64,000 nt of DNA from Giardia intestinalis. Taxonomy: Eukaryota. A program made the translations under genes and the position numbers. Below, piece after piece: positions 1 through 10,187 of the stretch (within the stretch, counting starts at the first letter, position 1; every line of letters begins with the position of its first letter). Location: assembly GCA_000002435.2 (NCBI GenBank), contig CM018792.1; one strand, written 5' to 3'. The notes beneath the pieces are model-generated. The model was not told where the DNA came from. It made no database searches and saw nothing but the letters and a program-made list of their open reading frames with translations.

Positions 1-2135
1 CTGACAACAACGCAGACCGGCTTCCATGGTATTTCAATGCCGAGCAGCATGCAAGAAGGATACTTGCCAAGCGAAATTCCACAAAAGACTCCCTGTCAAT
101 AGGCTCCTGGTTGTCCTGCGATAGTGGCTGTAGAAGCACTTCCTCTGCCGAGAAGACCGAAAGCGTTCAGAAGCAAGTCGAGAAGGAGGAAGTTTCAGCT
201 AAAGATAGAACCGACACAGTAATTTGCCAGCTGCTGCAGGAGATCAAAGGCATTTCTCTGGTCTCTGGTGCTCTGGATCTTTTTAACATTGGACTGGATG
301 ACGAGCTGAAGGTGGCAATGGAAGGCGGAAAGAATATATATGAATATGATGAGAATGGCACGGCTATTGTTACCTACAACCACGTGGCTATTAATGATAA
401 CAGCCTCTTTGTTGCTACACCCCCAAAGCAGGTCTCCTACTCTCAAAGTAATGGCCTAGAAACGTGTGGTGGATATAGCAACTTCATGAGCTTGTTCAAT
501 ACTGAGGCCACAGATTTTCGCCCTAAGGGGCTCATCGACTATGACTCGTCTTCTGACTATGTGTTTCACAATCGCTATGTTGGAGATGAAGCAGCAGATT
601 CCTTTTCTGCCAATGCCCAGGCTATTAAACTTAGTGACCGTTTTGACCAAGCTGTTGCATCCTTACCAACCGTGCTTCACGCAGATATTTTCAAGGAAAT
701 AGAGCGCGCAGGCAACAAGCAGGCAGAGAAGGATGTCCACAGCTATGCTACCGGCAAGGAAGCAACACAAGTTTTGAGGAAAAAGCTTCCGCTCATTGAC
801 TTCAAAATGATTCGGCATGCATCTACTCTCGAGCCCATGGAACACTCTATTGATCTTCTTCCATTCTATTCTGGAATAAAACTTAATTTTATAGATGTGC
901 CTCCTCTATATGCTTTTCCAGGAGCTAGGTTAAATGCGACAAATGGCTGCACCACCGAGGAACAAACACGCGAGGATCTTGAAAAACTAGAAAAGAATCT
1001 GGAGACATCCGTAGCAAGGCAAAGCAGTATGCATGCAGAGCTGTTGACTGCTGTTCAAGCCATCCATTCCATGTTTATGCCTCCAGGACCAAGTTATGTG
1101 CCTAGCGCAAATCAGATCTTTATTTCACCAGAGTTTCTTGCGGCTCAAAGAGAAACGGCAACAGCGCTAGTCAACCCACAAACTCGTCAAATACAGGCAA
1201 CAGCCCTCGAAAGGCTCATCGCAATAGTTTCTGAACAGCATACACGAGCCAGCCAACAGTTCGTTGCGGAAAATACTGTCATAGAGCAGTTTGTTGCCAC
1301 TCTGAAAGTACAATACGACAAATTGAGTCTCGAAAACCCTCCTCAGCAGCACCTTGTGGATGAATATAATCGTCAGCGCCAGCTTCTTGAGACCCGGAGA
1401 ACAGTGGGAATCTCGATCAGGAATCTCGTCGACAATCTGAATAAGGAACTGATCACATTGCAAAGAATCAAGGCACTGAGTTCAACTATTTTGTCGGTTG
1501 ACACGGAGATTCAAGCAAGCAAGCAGAAGATTGCTCAAGCAAGAGCTATGCAATCTGTGACAAGGGACACTGCGAACCAGATCAATCCAGTGCATCTGGA
1601 GCAGATTGGCACACTCATATCGAATGCAGAACTCTTTATTTATGTCTATGATTGTACATCATCCATCCACCAGTTCGGTGTGGATCAGCAAGTAGTGGAG
1701 AGCCTCGCCTCTTCATCCTTATCTCAAACATGCACACCACTCTATCGCTACGTACCCGAAAGCGTATATTCTGATCAAGTGATCACCATGTCTTCCATTT
1801 ACCAGAGGCTCTCTGCCATTGGGGCGACAGTTCCTGGCATTATAGTATGTAACAAATGCGACAATCTGGTGATAAACGGCTCAATAAAGACGCTTTGCTT
1901 TGGCCTCAGACTTGCGGAGCTCCTTGACTGGCCCCATATCTTTGCAAGCAGCCGCACCGGTGCATTTATCAACAGCGTACTTCGCCCAGTCATCCTGCAA
2001 AAAACGCGATCAATCGCTGGGATCCTTGAAGCCTATGGAGACTCTATTGCAAACATATATAGCACACCGTTTCCTTTACCCAACGTAATCCCCGCCGCAG
2101 TGCCAGAGTTCCTTTCTCTTCTGACCGACCACTAA
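1..2135 (+). CDS. Hypothetical protein, 5' end probably outside the window (frame open back to nt 1; track start 111 is a TTG). The C-terminal region carries Ras-superfamily-like motifs in canonical order but no recognisable P-loop.
   Basis: 674-aa ORF. No in-frame stop between nt 3 and 111. C-terminal motifs in order: RDTANQ (cf. DTAGQ), ELFIYVYDCT (cf. Rab ILVYDIT), IIVCNKCDN (NKxD G4), FASSRTG (cf. ETSAKT G5). No GxxxxGK[ST] found. Confidence 0.45.
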   Translation, partial: DNNADRLPWYFNAEQHARRILAKRNSTKDSLSIGSWLSCDSGCRSTSSAEKTESVQKQVEKEEVSAKDRTDTVICQLLQEIKGISLVSGALDLFNIGLDDELKVAMEGGKNIYEYDENGTAIVTYNHVAINDNSLFVATPPKQVSYSQSNGLETCGGYSNFMSLFNTEATDFRPKGLIDYDSSSDYVFHNRYVGDEAADSFSANAQAIKLSDRFDQAVASLPTVLHADIFKEIERAGNKQAEKDVHSYATGKEATQVLRKKLPLIDFKMIRHASTLEPMEHSIDLLPFYSGIKLNFIDVPPLYAFPGARLNATNGCTTEEQTREDLEKLEKNLETSVARQSSMHAELLTAVQAIHSMFMPPGPSYVPSANQIFISPEFLAAQRETATALVNPQTRQIQATALERLIAIVSEQHTRASQQFVAENTVIEQFVATLKVQYDKLSLENPPQQHLVDEYNRQRQLLETRRTVGISIRNLVDNLNKELITLQRIKALSSTILSVDTEIQASKQKIAQARAMQSVTRDTANQINPVHLEQIGTLISNAELFIYVYDCTSSIHQFGVDQQVVESLASSSLSQTCTPLYRYVPESVYSDQVITMSSIYQRLSAIGATVPGIIVCNKCDNLVINGSIKTLCFGLRLAELLDWPHIFASSRTGAFINSVLRPVILQKTRSIAGILEAYGDSIANIYSTPFPLPNVIPAAVPEFLSLLTDH

Positions 2136-2170
2136 TACGGATATCTTTAGTTTACAAAAGATACGGACCT

Positions 2171-2968
2171 CTATGCCACCTGCGCAAAGAATGAGGACAG
2201 GATAGCATAGAGTACCTTACTAGCTACGTGTGTGCAGTATGCATCATAGTTGTCCAAACCATTACCGTCACAAAGGTCTGACACTATCCTGAGAGACACA
2301 AAGGGCTTAGACGCTTCGTAGCAGACCTGCCCCACAGCTCCGCCCTCCATCTCAATAACGAGTGCTGCAGGAATCCTTTTGATAAGCTCCATCTTCTCGT
2401 CTACATTTTCAAGGAACTTATCGCCGGAAATACTACACCCAACGTGGAGGCGTGGCCAGGAAAGACCGTGGGTCTCGCGCACACACGGGGGGACAATGGT
2501 AGAGTAATTCTTCTTTAGAAATTCCTCTGCAATTCCTTGCAAGGTTGTTGTGAGGGCTTTGTCTGCATGCATGACGTCTACGCCTATGTTGACGATAGTA
2601 TGGCGCGGGACAAACGGGTAGCAGTTGAAATCGTGTTGCATCACGGAATCGACGACAATAACATCTCCTATAGCGATACCCTCCTTGAGGCCGCCCGCAA
2701 CCCCGGCTGCGACGATAACATCGGCGTTGAAGTGGTCAAGGAGCACTACCGCCGCAGTGCCACTGCAGACTTTCCCTATTCCACACTCGCACAGGACGAG
2801 AGTGTACTTTTCGAAAAGCTTGGTAAAGTATTTCCTTCCGGCAATAACCTCCTCTTTATACGATTCTTTGTCGCCAAGTTGCAGCTTAAATGCATGGAAT
2901 TCTGTAGGCATGGGTATGATAACTCCAAAGACCGGGGCTGTCCGTCTTGCTTCCTTGGAGACGAGCAT
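2171..2968 (-). CDS. 5'-methylthioadenosine/S-adenosylhomocysteine nucleosidase-like (PNP_UDP_1 phosphorylase family)
   Basis: 265 aa. Motifs VFGVIIPMPTEF (N-terminal Gly-rich beta-strand as in MTAN), IVVDSVMQHDF and EMEGGAVGQV (catalytic-loop-like). ATG at 2968 preceded by an AT-rich stretch. Confidence 0.7.
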   Translation of the reverse strand: MLVSKEARRTAPVFGVIIPMPTEFHAFKLQLGDKESYKEEVIAGRKYFTKLFEKYTLVLCECGIGKVCSGTAAVVLLDHFNADVIVAAGVAGGLKEGIAIGDVIVVDSVMQHDFNCYPFVPRHTIVNIGVDVMHADKALTTTLQGIAEEFLKKNYSTIVPPCVRETHGLSWPRLHVGCSISGDKFLENVDEKMELIKRIPAALVIEMEGGAVGQVCYEASKPFVSLRIVSDLCDGNGLDNYDAYCTHVASKVLYAILSSFFAQVA

Positions 2969-3000
2969 GGTGGAAGTAAATTTAATAATACAGGATTCTT

Positions 3001-3945
3001 ATGCAGAAAAGGCGGAAGGACGGGAATTTGAATCAGACCGTGTCCACGTACGCAGAACAAGTCATTCAGGATGGCGAATGCTCCAAAGAAAGGATCGAGC
3101 AGCTGGTCGGCAAGCTAAGGCCATGCGAGCTAGGGCTGCCGAAGCATTCAGAACAGGTCATGGCTCTTCAGGAGCTGGCTCAGGTTGCTGCCAGGGACCA
3201 AGAGGTTGCTGCATCCACAGGTACCAATGATGGAGTGTTCGATTCATCAGAGCACGTTGTGCAGGCCATAGTCGCTAATAACAAGATAGGATTGATCCTT
3301 GAGCTTCTGGGAGACACTCTTCGTGAACTCCCTACGGTGCCTGCAGAGTCCAATAGCCGGGTGCTTCTGTGCAGCGCCATCAAGAGTCTTCTGATTCTGG
3401 TGAAGTGCTGTTCAGATACATTGGATGTGTTCGAGATCTTCAACTATCAATCTTTCTTTACAGTCCTTTCGTATGTTAGCATCGTCACTGAGCTGGCAAA
3501 GCTGGATAGCTCCATTAGCGACTTCGCGTCCTTATGTGCAATACTTTACATATACTGTATTTACAATGCTGCCCGCCACGCAGATCACATGCAGATGGGC
3601 GTCTCCGATAAGCTCTTCAAGCTGATGGATACCCACAGATGTGTTGCAACAGCACTGAATTTATACACTGACGGTAATGTGAATCTTTCGGAAGACTGTA
3701 TCATAACACTGGCAGAGTTCCTAGCCGTCTTAGCCGAGTCGGAGATGTTTCTGGACCATGCGGATACACACTTTGACCAGGGCACAAGCGCTTTATTTCT
3801 GCAATTCTATGACAAAGAGATAAAGGGAGCAATGCAGAATCAGGAGGAGCGACGAAAGCTGCTGTCTCTTGAAGAAATAGTAAGTTTCATTGGAAGAGAG
3901 CTGCCGGACGTGTGGTCGGCCTGTGCTATTGAGGACAAACAATGA
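3001..3945 (+). CDS. Hypothetical protein (314 aa)
   Basis: ATG at 3001 preceded by an AT-rich stretch (taaatttaataatacaggattctt). Divergent from the nucleosidase gene with a 32-bp spacer. No recognisable domain. Confidence 0.5.
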   Translation: MQKRRKDGNLNQTVSTYAEQVIQDGECSKERIEQLVGKLRPCELGLPKHSEQVMALQELAQVAARDQEVAASTGTNDGVFDSSEHVVQAIVANNKIGLILELLGDTLRELPTVPAESNSRVLLCSAIKSLLILVKCCSDTLDVFEIFNYQSFFTVLSYVSIVTELAKLDSSISDFASLCAILYIYCIYNAARHADHMQMGVSDKLFKLMDTHRCVATALNLYTDGNVNLSEDCIITLAEFLAVLAESEMFLDHADTHFDQGTSALFLQFYDKEIKGAMQNQEERRKLLSLEEIVSFIGRELPDVWSACAIEDKQ

Positions 3946-4066
3946 AAAGTGGCCTGGCAATACCCTGCTCCATAATTTCGGTAGTGAACCTGGTTTTAGA
4001 TGTCCCAGAGCCTGTCCATGTCCGCCATAATAAGACGATCTCAAAATTAAAATAAATTAAAAACCT

Positions 4067-7000
4067 ATGGCCAGCGCCTTGTCTATTAATGAGCTGTTCA
4101 CCTTGCGTGACGCGCAGGTTCCCGAGGGGTCCTGCTCCCCTGAGCACTTGACTGTGTCGTCGTCTTCTGGGATCTGTGTATGCGTGACCACTGGGGAGGC
4201 AGCAAATTTAACTGTTGTTAACACGGTTAACCCACAGGCCACAAAGACTTTCCCCATTCAAGCACAGCACGCGATCCAGCACAGGAAGAACCCCAACATC
4301 GTGGTCTTGCGCACGCCAGTCCTGCTCCAGACCCTCGATGTTTCCACTATGACCCCTTATGGACGTTTTGACTTTCCGAACCCCATTGGAGTGGACTACT
4401 GGGGCTGGGCCACGGACGAGAAGCTGGCACTCGTCTGCCCCGATGCCGTCTACTTCTGGAATTGCATGACGGGAGAGTTTTCCCCAGGGTTCGCGCGGGA
4501 CGTGAGCTTGACGAGCACCTACAGTAACTCGCGCATCACTGACCTAGCCGTCTCGTCTGACGCAGACTGGGTCGCAATCACTGCGCTGGGCACGGACCAG
4601 GCAAACCACACACAGGGAATGATCCAGCTCTACTGCTTTAGCAGGGCATATACCCGTATGCTTTCAGGGCAGTGCGTGACTTTTGTTGACTGGCAGCTCG
4701 ATGCGACAAGGCCGAAAACCACTCTTCTGGCGTATGCACACAAGCCTACTGGGTCGCAGGAGATCACAATTAACATAATGGAACCTGCACCACAGGTTGG
4801 GGCTGACGGCGCCTCTATCTCTGGCTTCACAACGAAGGCCGTTCAGGCCACCGTGAGCGCCGCGCTTGTAGGCGTGGATCATCCTCTGTTCTTGAGGGGA
4901 AAGGAGAAATACGGTTTTCTTTACATGTTTTCCAAGCAGGGCAACGTTACCTTGGTGGATATCTACAGCGGCCTCTTGATCTATCAGGGCCCCATTTCGG
5001 GGGAGATGGTCTTTGCTATCGGAACGTGTTACGAAGGTGGGACTTTTTCTGATACCCATGACTTTATAGGCATCACCACCGATGGCCGGTGCTATGGGAT
5101 TGGGGTGGATAAGATCAATCTGGTGAACTATGTCATGACTAAGCGTGGCCAGCCGGACGTTGCCTACGCCATCGCCTTGCGCACGGGGATCCGGGGCGCC
5201 GACTCTTTATTCCAACAGAAGCTAGATGGCTATCTTGGTCAGTACCAGTGGAGCGAGGCTGCTGAGCTTGTTAAGATAGCTCCAGCAGGTGTCCTTCGCA
5301 CAAAGGCCACAATAGATCGTTTTCTAGCTGGTGCTGCGTTCACTGCACCAGGCGCACCAACGCCAATCATGATCTATCTTACGCGGATGCTGGAGAACGA
5401 TGGCAAGCTAGCTATTGAAGAGGAGTCGATGGAGTTGGCGAAGTTCCTTGTTCAGACTTCTAATGTGAGTACCATCGAGACGTACATTAAGGAGAAGCGC
5501 TTTTTTGCAACCGAAGGGTTGGGCGACTACTTGGCGTCTGTGGGTCTCGAGCAACCGTCGTTCACCACGTATGCTAACGCTGGGTGCCACGAGAAGGCCA
5601 TTGCCTGGCTCATTGCGCACAACCAATACGCTATCATCCCACAGTATGCACAGAAGTTCCCAGAGTACACGCCAGACTATCCACGTATTATAAGCCAGGC
5701 ACTAAAGCAGGCGGAGCAGAGACCTGATGGCGCATCCACCATAGAGAGCATATACCAGTTTTCGCTTAGCATCACCCAGGCACTTGATGCGACCACAGAC
5801 GGAGATAAGATTCTAGATATTGCAGATTGCTTCGCTGACATAGGGAGGGTGAACGAGGCTACAACAATCCTCCTGGAAGTTTGCAAGCGCTACAACTACT
5901 CCGACGATACCGTTATCTACCAGTCGATGGTTATTGAGCTCAACAGAGGGGTGAACCAGGCAGTCGTGGATGCCATACAGGCTAAGGGCGTGCTTGCAAG
6001 AATTAACCGGGCAGAGATAACTAAACGCAGCGAGGAGAGCGGACTTTATCAGCGGGCGTTTGAATTCTGTGATTCCGACGCAGAATGTCGGCGCATCGCA
6101 TCAACCTATGCTGCAAAGCTAGGGAAGTCAATCTTCTCGTCACCACGGTGGTATGGCGCGTATATCAAACGTGCATCGCGCTTTTCAAATCCAACCGACG
6201 ATGTTATTAAGAGTCTTTTTGCCTTTCAGCAGCAAATGCTTGAAATAACAATAGGCGGGGAGCGCATCTACGCTGACCATGTTGCCATGGGCTTTGCTCT
6301 CTCTCCGATCGTTGTTTCTAACGTCAGTCTGTGTGTTACTGTTGTCAAGGTCTTTGAGAAATATGGAATGGGTAACTCCGAAGCCCTCTACCTTTTCTTG
6401 TCCATGATTGCGCCCACGTGCCTGGATTCGTCCATCCACAACTTCCTTCTCCGCACAATTCTTCAGCTGGATTCAAAGACTCTTGAACTCACACACATAG
6501 TCGCTGAAGATCAGTATCTGGACCCGAATGAGTGCTTCACCATAATGACTACCACGACCCCTGCAAGCCCGGACGCCTTCCTCCAGGCTTTCCTTACTTT
6601 TTGCGAGCGGTTCCATCTCGGCAAGAAACTGGGTTTGTTCCTAACAGACTCCATCACCAACAAGGTTCTAGGGAAAGACACGTTCTTTACACTGAACGCA
6701 GCAACGATTGTAGAGGCGTTCATCGGTGGACATGGAGTTGCGCAGGCGCATGACCTCCTCTTCGGTCTGTTCGAAGGAGGAGTGCTGGCAGTTCCAGAGA
6801 GGCCTGCCCTAGACGCCGTTTTTTCAGCAGACATGCTCAGCAAGCTGATGGAAAAGCCTGCAGTTCAGGCTGGTTGTGATATCAATAAGGTTGTGGATGC
6901 CTGCTTCACAAGCTCTCGAACTCTTAAAGTCGGGCGCTCACTTCTCGAGAAGCGTCTAGCATCCGGGACAACAGACACGTTTGTCCACACTGCGTTTGCG

Positions 7001-9682
7001 AAGCTACACATGGAAGAGCGCAACGGCAATGCTAAGCGCCTCCTCATGGAGGACCCTTACATCGACCACGCGCTCATAGGAACCTTCATTCTGGAGTCTC
7101 CGACACACCGGACCGATGACTTTTTAGTCGATCTTGCAATGACATCGCTGACCATCGGGGCTTTTGGACCAACGACTGCAGGCGCTGATTTTTCTGACCA
7201 CATTATTAACGGAGAATGCGCCAGGATGCTGGTCTTAGTTGCCTACGCAGGGAGTGCTTACAAGGAGCTGGCTGAGAGGCTCCTCTTGCACAAGTGTAGT
7301 GAGCTTTGGCAGCTGGCTCTTGTCGGAGTTATGAACGAGGACCCAGCTTCCGACGTCATCAAAGCAATCACGCAGGGTGGGATGCGTCCGATGAGCATGC
7401 ACAGGGACATGCTCTTGCAGGTCTTGGCGCACAGCCCGCCAATTCCTCTCGACACGCTCAGCGATGCACAAATTTTCGTTCTATCTTCGTCTATTCTTGC
7501 CATTAAGAATGAGAGCGATGCAATTCCAAGATATCTACAGGCGATACTAGAAAAGATCATCACTTCTCCGGGCTCTGTGCACGCAAGCAATCCGGGCATG
7601 CAGAATCTTCTCATCGTTACCGCCCTAAATACAAAGGACTATCCTAAGGTGTCGGCCCTTATTCGCTCTGCAGACATGTGCTATGACCAGGACGTAATTG
7701 CAAAGGCTTGCGTGGAAACGGCAAAGAAGAACGAGTACCCGCCTCTCTACGAGGACGCCTTTGAGGTTTTCCACCGCGCCGGGCGTCCCATTGATGCCAT
7801 TCGAGTACTTTTGGACAACATCTCCATAGACCGTGGGATCACTTACGCTAACTCTGTGGGCCTTCCTGAAGTGTGGTCCTTAGTTGGATCGGCCCAGCTC
7901 GAAAAGGCAAGTGCTTATGCATCCGAGGATAATGGGCGCTTCGCGTTGAAATTTGCTTGTGACGCAATAGCATCGTATTTGACCGGAAGATGGACCGCTG
8001 ACTACCGTAATCTTATAATCACGTCATTCAAGGTTTCAAAGGCGTTTATGCACACGCACTCTGTTGAGGTTCGGAGTGAGCTGGCCGCTTTGCTGGAGTA
8101 TTTAAGGATGGCTCGTGTTGTGGTGGCACAGAAGGGGGAGACGTCTTCCCAAGCAGAGATAGATACCGCAGTCATGTATTGCCTGGCCAGGCTGGATGAC
8201 TATGGTGCCCTCAGCGAGTTTCTGGAGTCAGTCAATCCACGCGATAGTACTGTGATACCGAATCGCGGAGGAATAAAGGAGGTCGGAGAGAAGTGCTTTG
8301 CTGAGGAGCATTACAAGGCTGCAAAGTACTTCTTTGAGTTTGTCGGTGACTGGTCACGACTATCTCTTACGTTGGTCAAGCTTCGCTGCTTGAAAGAGGC
8401 GGTGGAGGCTGCTACACGCGCCGCAGATCCTGAGTGCTGGAAGGCGGTAGCTGCAGAGTGCCTGGAGATCCGCGATTTTGAGCTTGCAAAGTCAGTCTTC
8501 CTCAACCTCGTCCTCGTAGAGTCTGAGCTTCCGTCGATAGTGCAATATTATGAGGAGTATGGTTTTATTGAGGAGCTCCTCGAGGTCCTGGAGGCAGGCG
8601 CCGAACAGCCGCAAGCAGCCACATACACCTCTATGGAGACGAATATATTCACCATCCTGGCAATACTTTACTGTAAGTACATGTGGATTGTTCGCAAGAC
8701 AGACCCCCAGCGTCTACAAACGTATATCAAGACGCACGGAAACAAAATCCATATCCCGACTCTTCTGCACTGGACCCGTGAGACAAGGCTCTGGGGAGAG
8801 TACGCGTATCTGCTGGCAGCGTCCCGTGACTTCGACAAGGCTGTCGTTGAGATGATAGCCCATCCCCCGTCGTCTTTCAATCATGATGTTATGAAGAAGG
8901 TGATAGGACGGGTCTCAAATCCTGAGTTGGTTGCCCAAGTCGTAAGCTTCTATATTGAGTACTCCCCAGAGTATCTCTGCGACTTCTTAAAGGCTTGTCA
9001 GCTCGGGGTTCCAAATGCCGACGGCTCTCCAGGGATCCCTGCTGCCTTGGATCCTATTCGAGTGATTGCTATGGTGAGATCCTACGATTGCGTCCCTATG
9101 ATTAAGTCGTACCTGGAATTGTTTGTAGGTGCGCACAACCAGGAAATTAACGAGACCTTGATAAAGATTTACCTTGAGAGCTATGACGACGAAGGCCTGA
9201 GGAGACTTATTGCCGCAACGACTGCCTATGATGCACACGCACTCTTAGACAATTTGGTATCGGAGGATCAGACAGATGACATGCGGAAGCTTGCGGTAGG
9301 GCTCTATGGACGCCTGAATCGATACGACGAGGGCATCAAATTTGGTCTTCAGAATTGGTTTTATGAGGACGCTGCGGAGTGTGCAGCGGACTCGGGACAG
9401 ATCGAGCACTGCGAGGCATTGCTACGCTTAGTCTGCAGCTCGCAGTTCCCCACGCCGAAGATCAGAAAGGAGGTCTTTGCTGTCATTCTCATTCGCTGCG
9501 GCCACTGCATCAGGCCCGACGTAGTCATGGAGTTGGCCTGGGTCAACAGAATGACAGACTACATGATGCCATACATGATCTCCACGTTGCAACGCTACGG
9601 GTCTGCAGTCCGCACACTTGCGGGGTCGATTGCAGAAGCAAGAGGCATGATTCCGGCGCAGCAAGCACCCCAACAACACTAG
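4067..9682 (+). CDS. CHC: Clathrin heavy chain
   Basis: 1871 aa. N-terminal beta-propeller similarity to clathrin HC: AVYFWNCMTGE vs AVYHWSMEGE; GMIQLYCFSR vs GAMQLYSVDR; FLYMFSKQGNVTLVDIYSGLLIYQGPISGEMVF vs [31 protein letters not shown]. Followed by a long alpha-helical repeat region. ATG at 4067 follows aattaaaataaattaaaaacct. Confidence 0.85.
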   Translation: MASALSINELFTLRDAQVPEGSCSPEHLTVSSSSGICVCVTTGEAANLTVVNTVNPQATKTFPIQAQHAIQHRKNPNIVVLRTPVLLQTLDVSTMTPYGRFDFPNPIGVDYWGWATDEKLALVCPDAVYFWNCMTGEFSPGFARDVSLTSTYSNSRITDLAVSSDADWVAITALGTDQANHTQGMIQLYCFSRAYTRMLSGQCVTFVDWQLDATRPKTTLLAYAHKPTGSQEITINIMEPAPQVGADGASISGFTTKAVQATVSAALVGVDHPLFLRGKEKYGFLYMFSKQGNVTLVDIYSGLLIYQGPISGEMVFAIGTCYEGGTFSDTHDFIGITTDGRCYGIGVDKINLVNYVMTKRGQPDVAYAIALRTGIRGADSLFQQKLDGYLGQYQWSEAAELVKIAPAGVLRTKATIDRFLAGAAFTAPGAPTPIMIYLTRMLENDGKLAIEEESMELAKFLVQTSNVSTIETYIKEKRFFATEGLGDYLASVGLEQPSFTTYANAGCHEKAIAWLIAHNQYAIIPQYAQKFPEYTPDYPRIISQALKQAEQRPDGASTIESIYQFSLSITQALDATTDGDKILDIADCFADIGRVNEATTILLEVCKRYNYSDDTVIYQSMVIELNRGVNQAVVDAIQAKGVLARINRAEITKRSEESGLYQRAFEFCDSDAECRRIASTYAAKLGKSIFSSPRWYGAYIKRASRFSNPTDDVIKSLFAFQQQMLEITIGGERIYADHVAMGFALSPIVVSNVSLCVTVVKVFEKYGMGNSEALYLFLSMIAPTCLDSSIHNFLLRTILQLDSKTLELTHIVAEDQYLDPNECFTIMTTTTPASPDAFLQAFLTFCERFHLGKKLGLFLTDSITNKVLGKDTFFTLNAATIVEAFIGGHGVAQAHDLLFGLFEGGVLAVPERPALDAVFSADMLSKLMEKPAVQAGCDINKVVDACFTSSRTLKVGRSLLEKRLASGTTDTFVHTAFAKLHMEERNGNAKRLLMEDPYIDHALIGTFILESPTHRTDDFLVDLAMTSLTIGAFGPTTAGADFSDHIINGECARMLVLVAYAGSAYKELAERLLLHKCSELWQLALVGVMNEDPASDVIKAITQGGMRPMSMHRDMLLQVLAHSPPIPLDTLSDAQIFVLSSSILAIKNESDAIPRYLQAILEKIITSPGSVHASNPGMQNLLIVTALNTKDYPKVSALIRSADMCYDQDVIAKACVETAKKNEYPPLYEDAFEVFHRAGRPIDAIRVLLDNISIDRGITYANSVGLPEVWSLVGSAQLEKASAYASEDNGRFALKFACDAIASYLTGRWTADYRNLIITSFKVSKAFMHTHSVEVRSELAALLEYLRMARVVVAQKGETSSQAEIDTAVMYCLARLDDYGALSEFLESVNPRDSTVIPNRGGIKEVGEKCFAEEHYKAAKYFFEFVGDWSRLSLTLVKLRCLKEAVEAATRAADPECWKAVAAECLEIRDFELAKSVFLNLVLVESELPSIVQYYEEYGFIEELLEVLEAGAEQPQAATYTSMETNIFTILAILYCKYMWIVRKTDPQRLQTYIKTHGNKIHIPTLLHWTRETRLWGEYAYLLAASRDFDKAVVEMIAHPPSSFNHDVMKKVIGRVSNPELVAQVVSFYIEYSPEYLCDFLKACQLGVPNADGSPGIPAALDPIRVIAMVRSYDCVPMIKSYLELFVGAHNQEINETLIKIYLESYDDEGLRRLIAATTAYDAHALLDNLVSEDQTDDMRKLAVGLYGRLNRYDEGIKFGLQNWFYEDAAECAADSGQIEHCEALLRLVCSSQFPTPKIRKEVFAVILIRCGHCIRPDVVMELAWVNRMTDYMMPYMISTLQRYGSAVRTLAGSIAEARGMIPAQQAPQQH

Positions 9683-9710
9683 GCCCTGTTCTGGATTTCA
9701 GAGCAAACAA

Positions 9711-10172
9711 CTACTCTTGTAAATTTGACGTCTTCGATGCTTTCTCTGTTTCGAGCTTGGATTCTAGTCGCCGGCGAGCCCTCCAAAGAACTTTGCGGCT
9801 GACCGAGCAACGAAGAAGTGTGGAGACTATGCTGTAGTAGTGGGCTAACGGGAGATTAGGGGCCTCCCTAAGAACAGCTGCAGCCACGTTATCCACATGG
9901 GCAAGAAGGGGGAAAGGACTTTCGTCGGTGTGGAGAACATGGTGCAGAGCAGCCTCGTCGGCAATGACTGAGCCGTCTACTCGTATGGAAATTCGTACAG
10001 ATGCGGAGCAGCCTGCAGATTTGCAGATAAGATGAATACGTCGAGCATCTGCTTTTAGGACTCGCCAGCGGGACCCTCTTGTGACGATATGGTCCGAGTA
10101 ATACCTAAGAGCGTCGTCCTTCGAGCAGAAGCGCCTCTGCGAATCAAGCTGCTGAACAACAGCTGCAGACAT
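9711..10172 (-). CDS. Small candidate gene (about 153 aa from the first ATG) with a WRKY/FAR1/GCM1-type zinc-finger-like pattern. Lies in the 505-bp gap between convergent CHC and kinesin genes, in frame with the kinesin and directly downstream of it.
   Basis: ORF 9711..10187 begins with a GTG immediately after the kinesin TAA. First ATG is 15 nt later (MSAAVVQQLDSQRRFCSKDDALRYYSDHIVTRGSRWRVLKADARRIHLICKSAGCSASVRISIRVDGSVIADEAALHHVLH). Pattern: F...A..YY......G..W.V.K......L.C-x4-C-x21-HH-x2-H. Codon usage looks Giardia-like. A 500-bp convergent spacer is atypically long for this genome otherwise. Confidence 0.4.
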   Translation of the reverse strand: MSAAVVQQLDSQRRFCSKDDALRYYSDHIVTRGSRWRVLKADARRIHLICKSAGCSASVRISIRVDGSVIADEAALHHVLHTDESPFPLLAHVDNVAAAVLREAPNLPLAHYYSIVSTLLRCSVSRKVLWRARRRLESKLETEKASKTSNLQE

Positions 10173-10187
10173 GGGAAATTTGTTCAC

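Noticed and set aside
2537-3230. Plus-strand ORFs (164 and 201 aa) overlapping the nucleosidase gene and its promoter
   Set aside because: They lie antisense to a CDS with clear family motifs and have low-complexity composition. The genuine plus-strand gene starts at 3001 in a different frame.
9379-9837. 152-aa plus-strand ORF spanning the 3' end of the clathrin gene and the downstream spacer
   Set aside because: It overlaps the clathrin CDS out of frame and the better-supported minus-strand zinc-finger-like ORF. Its composition (Arg/Ser/His-rich) is not protein-like.
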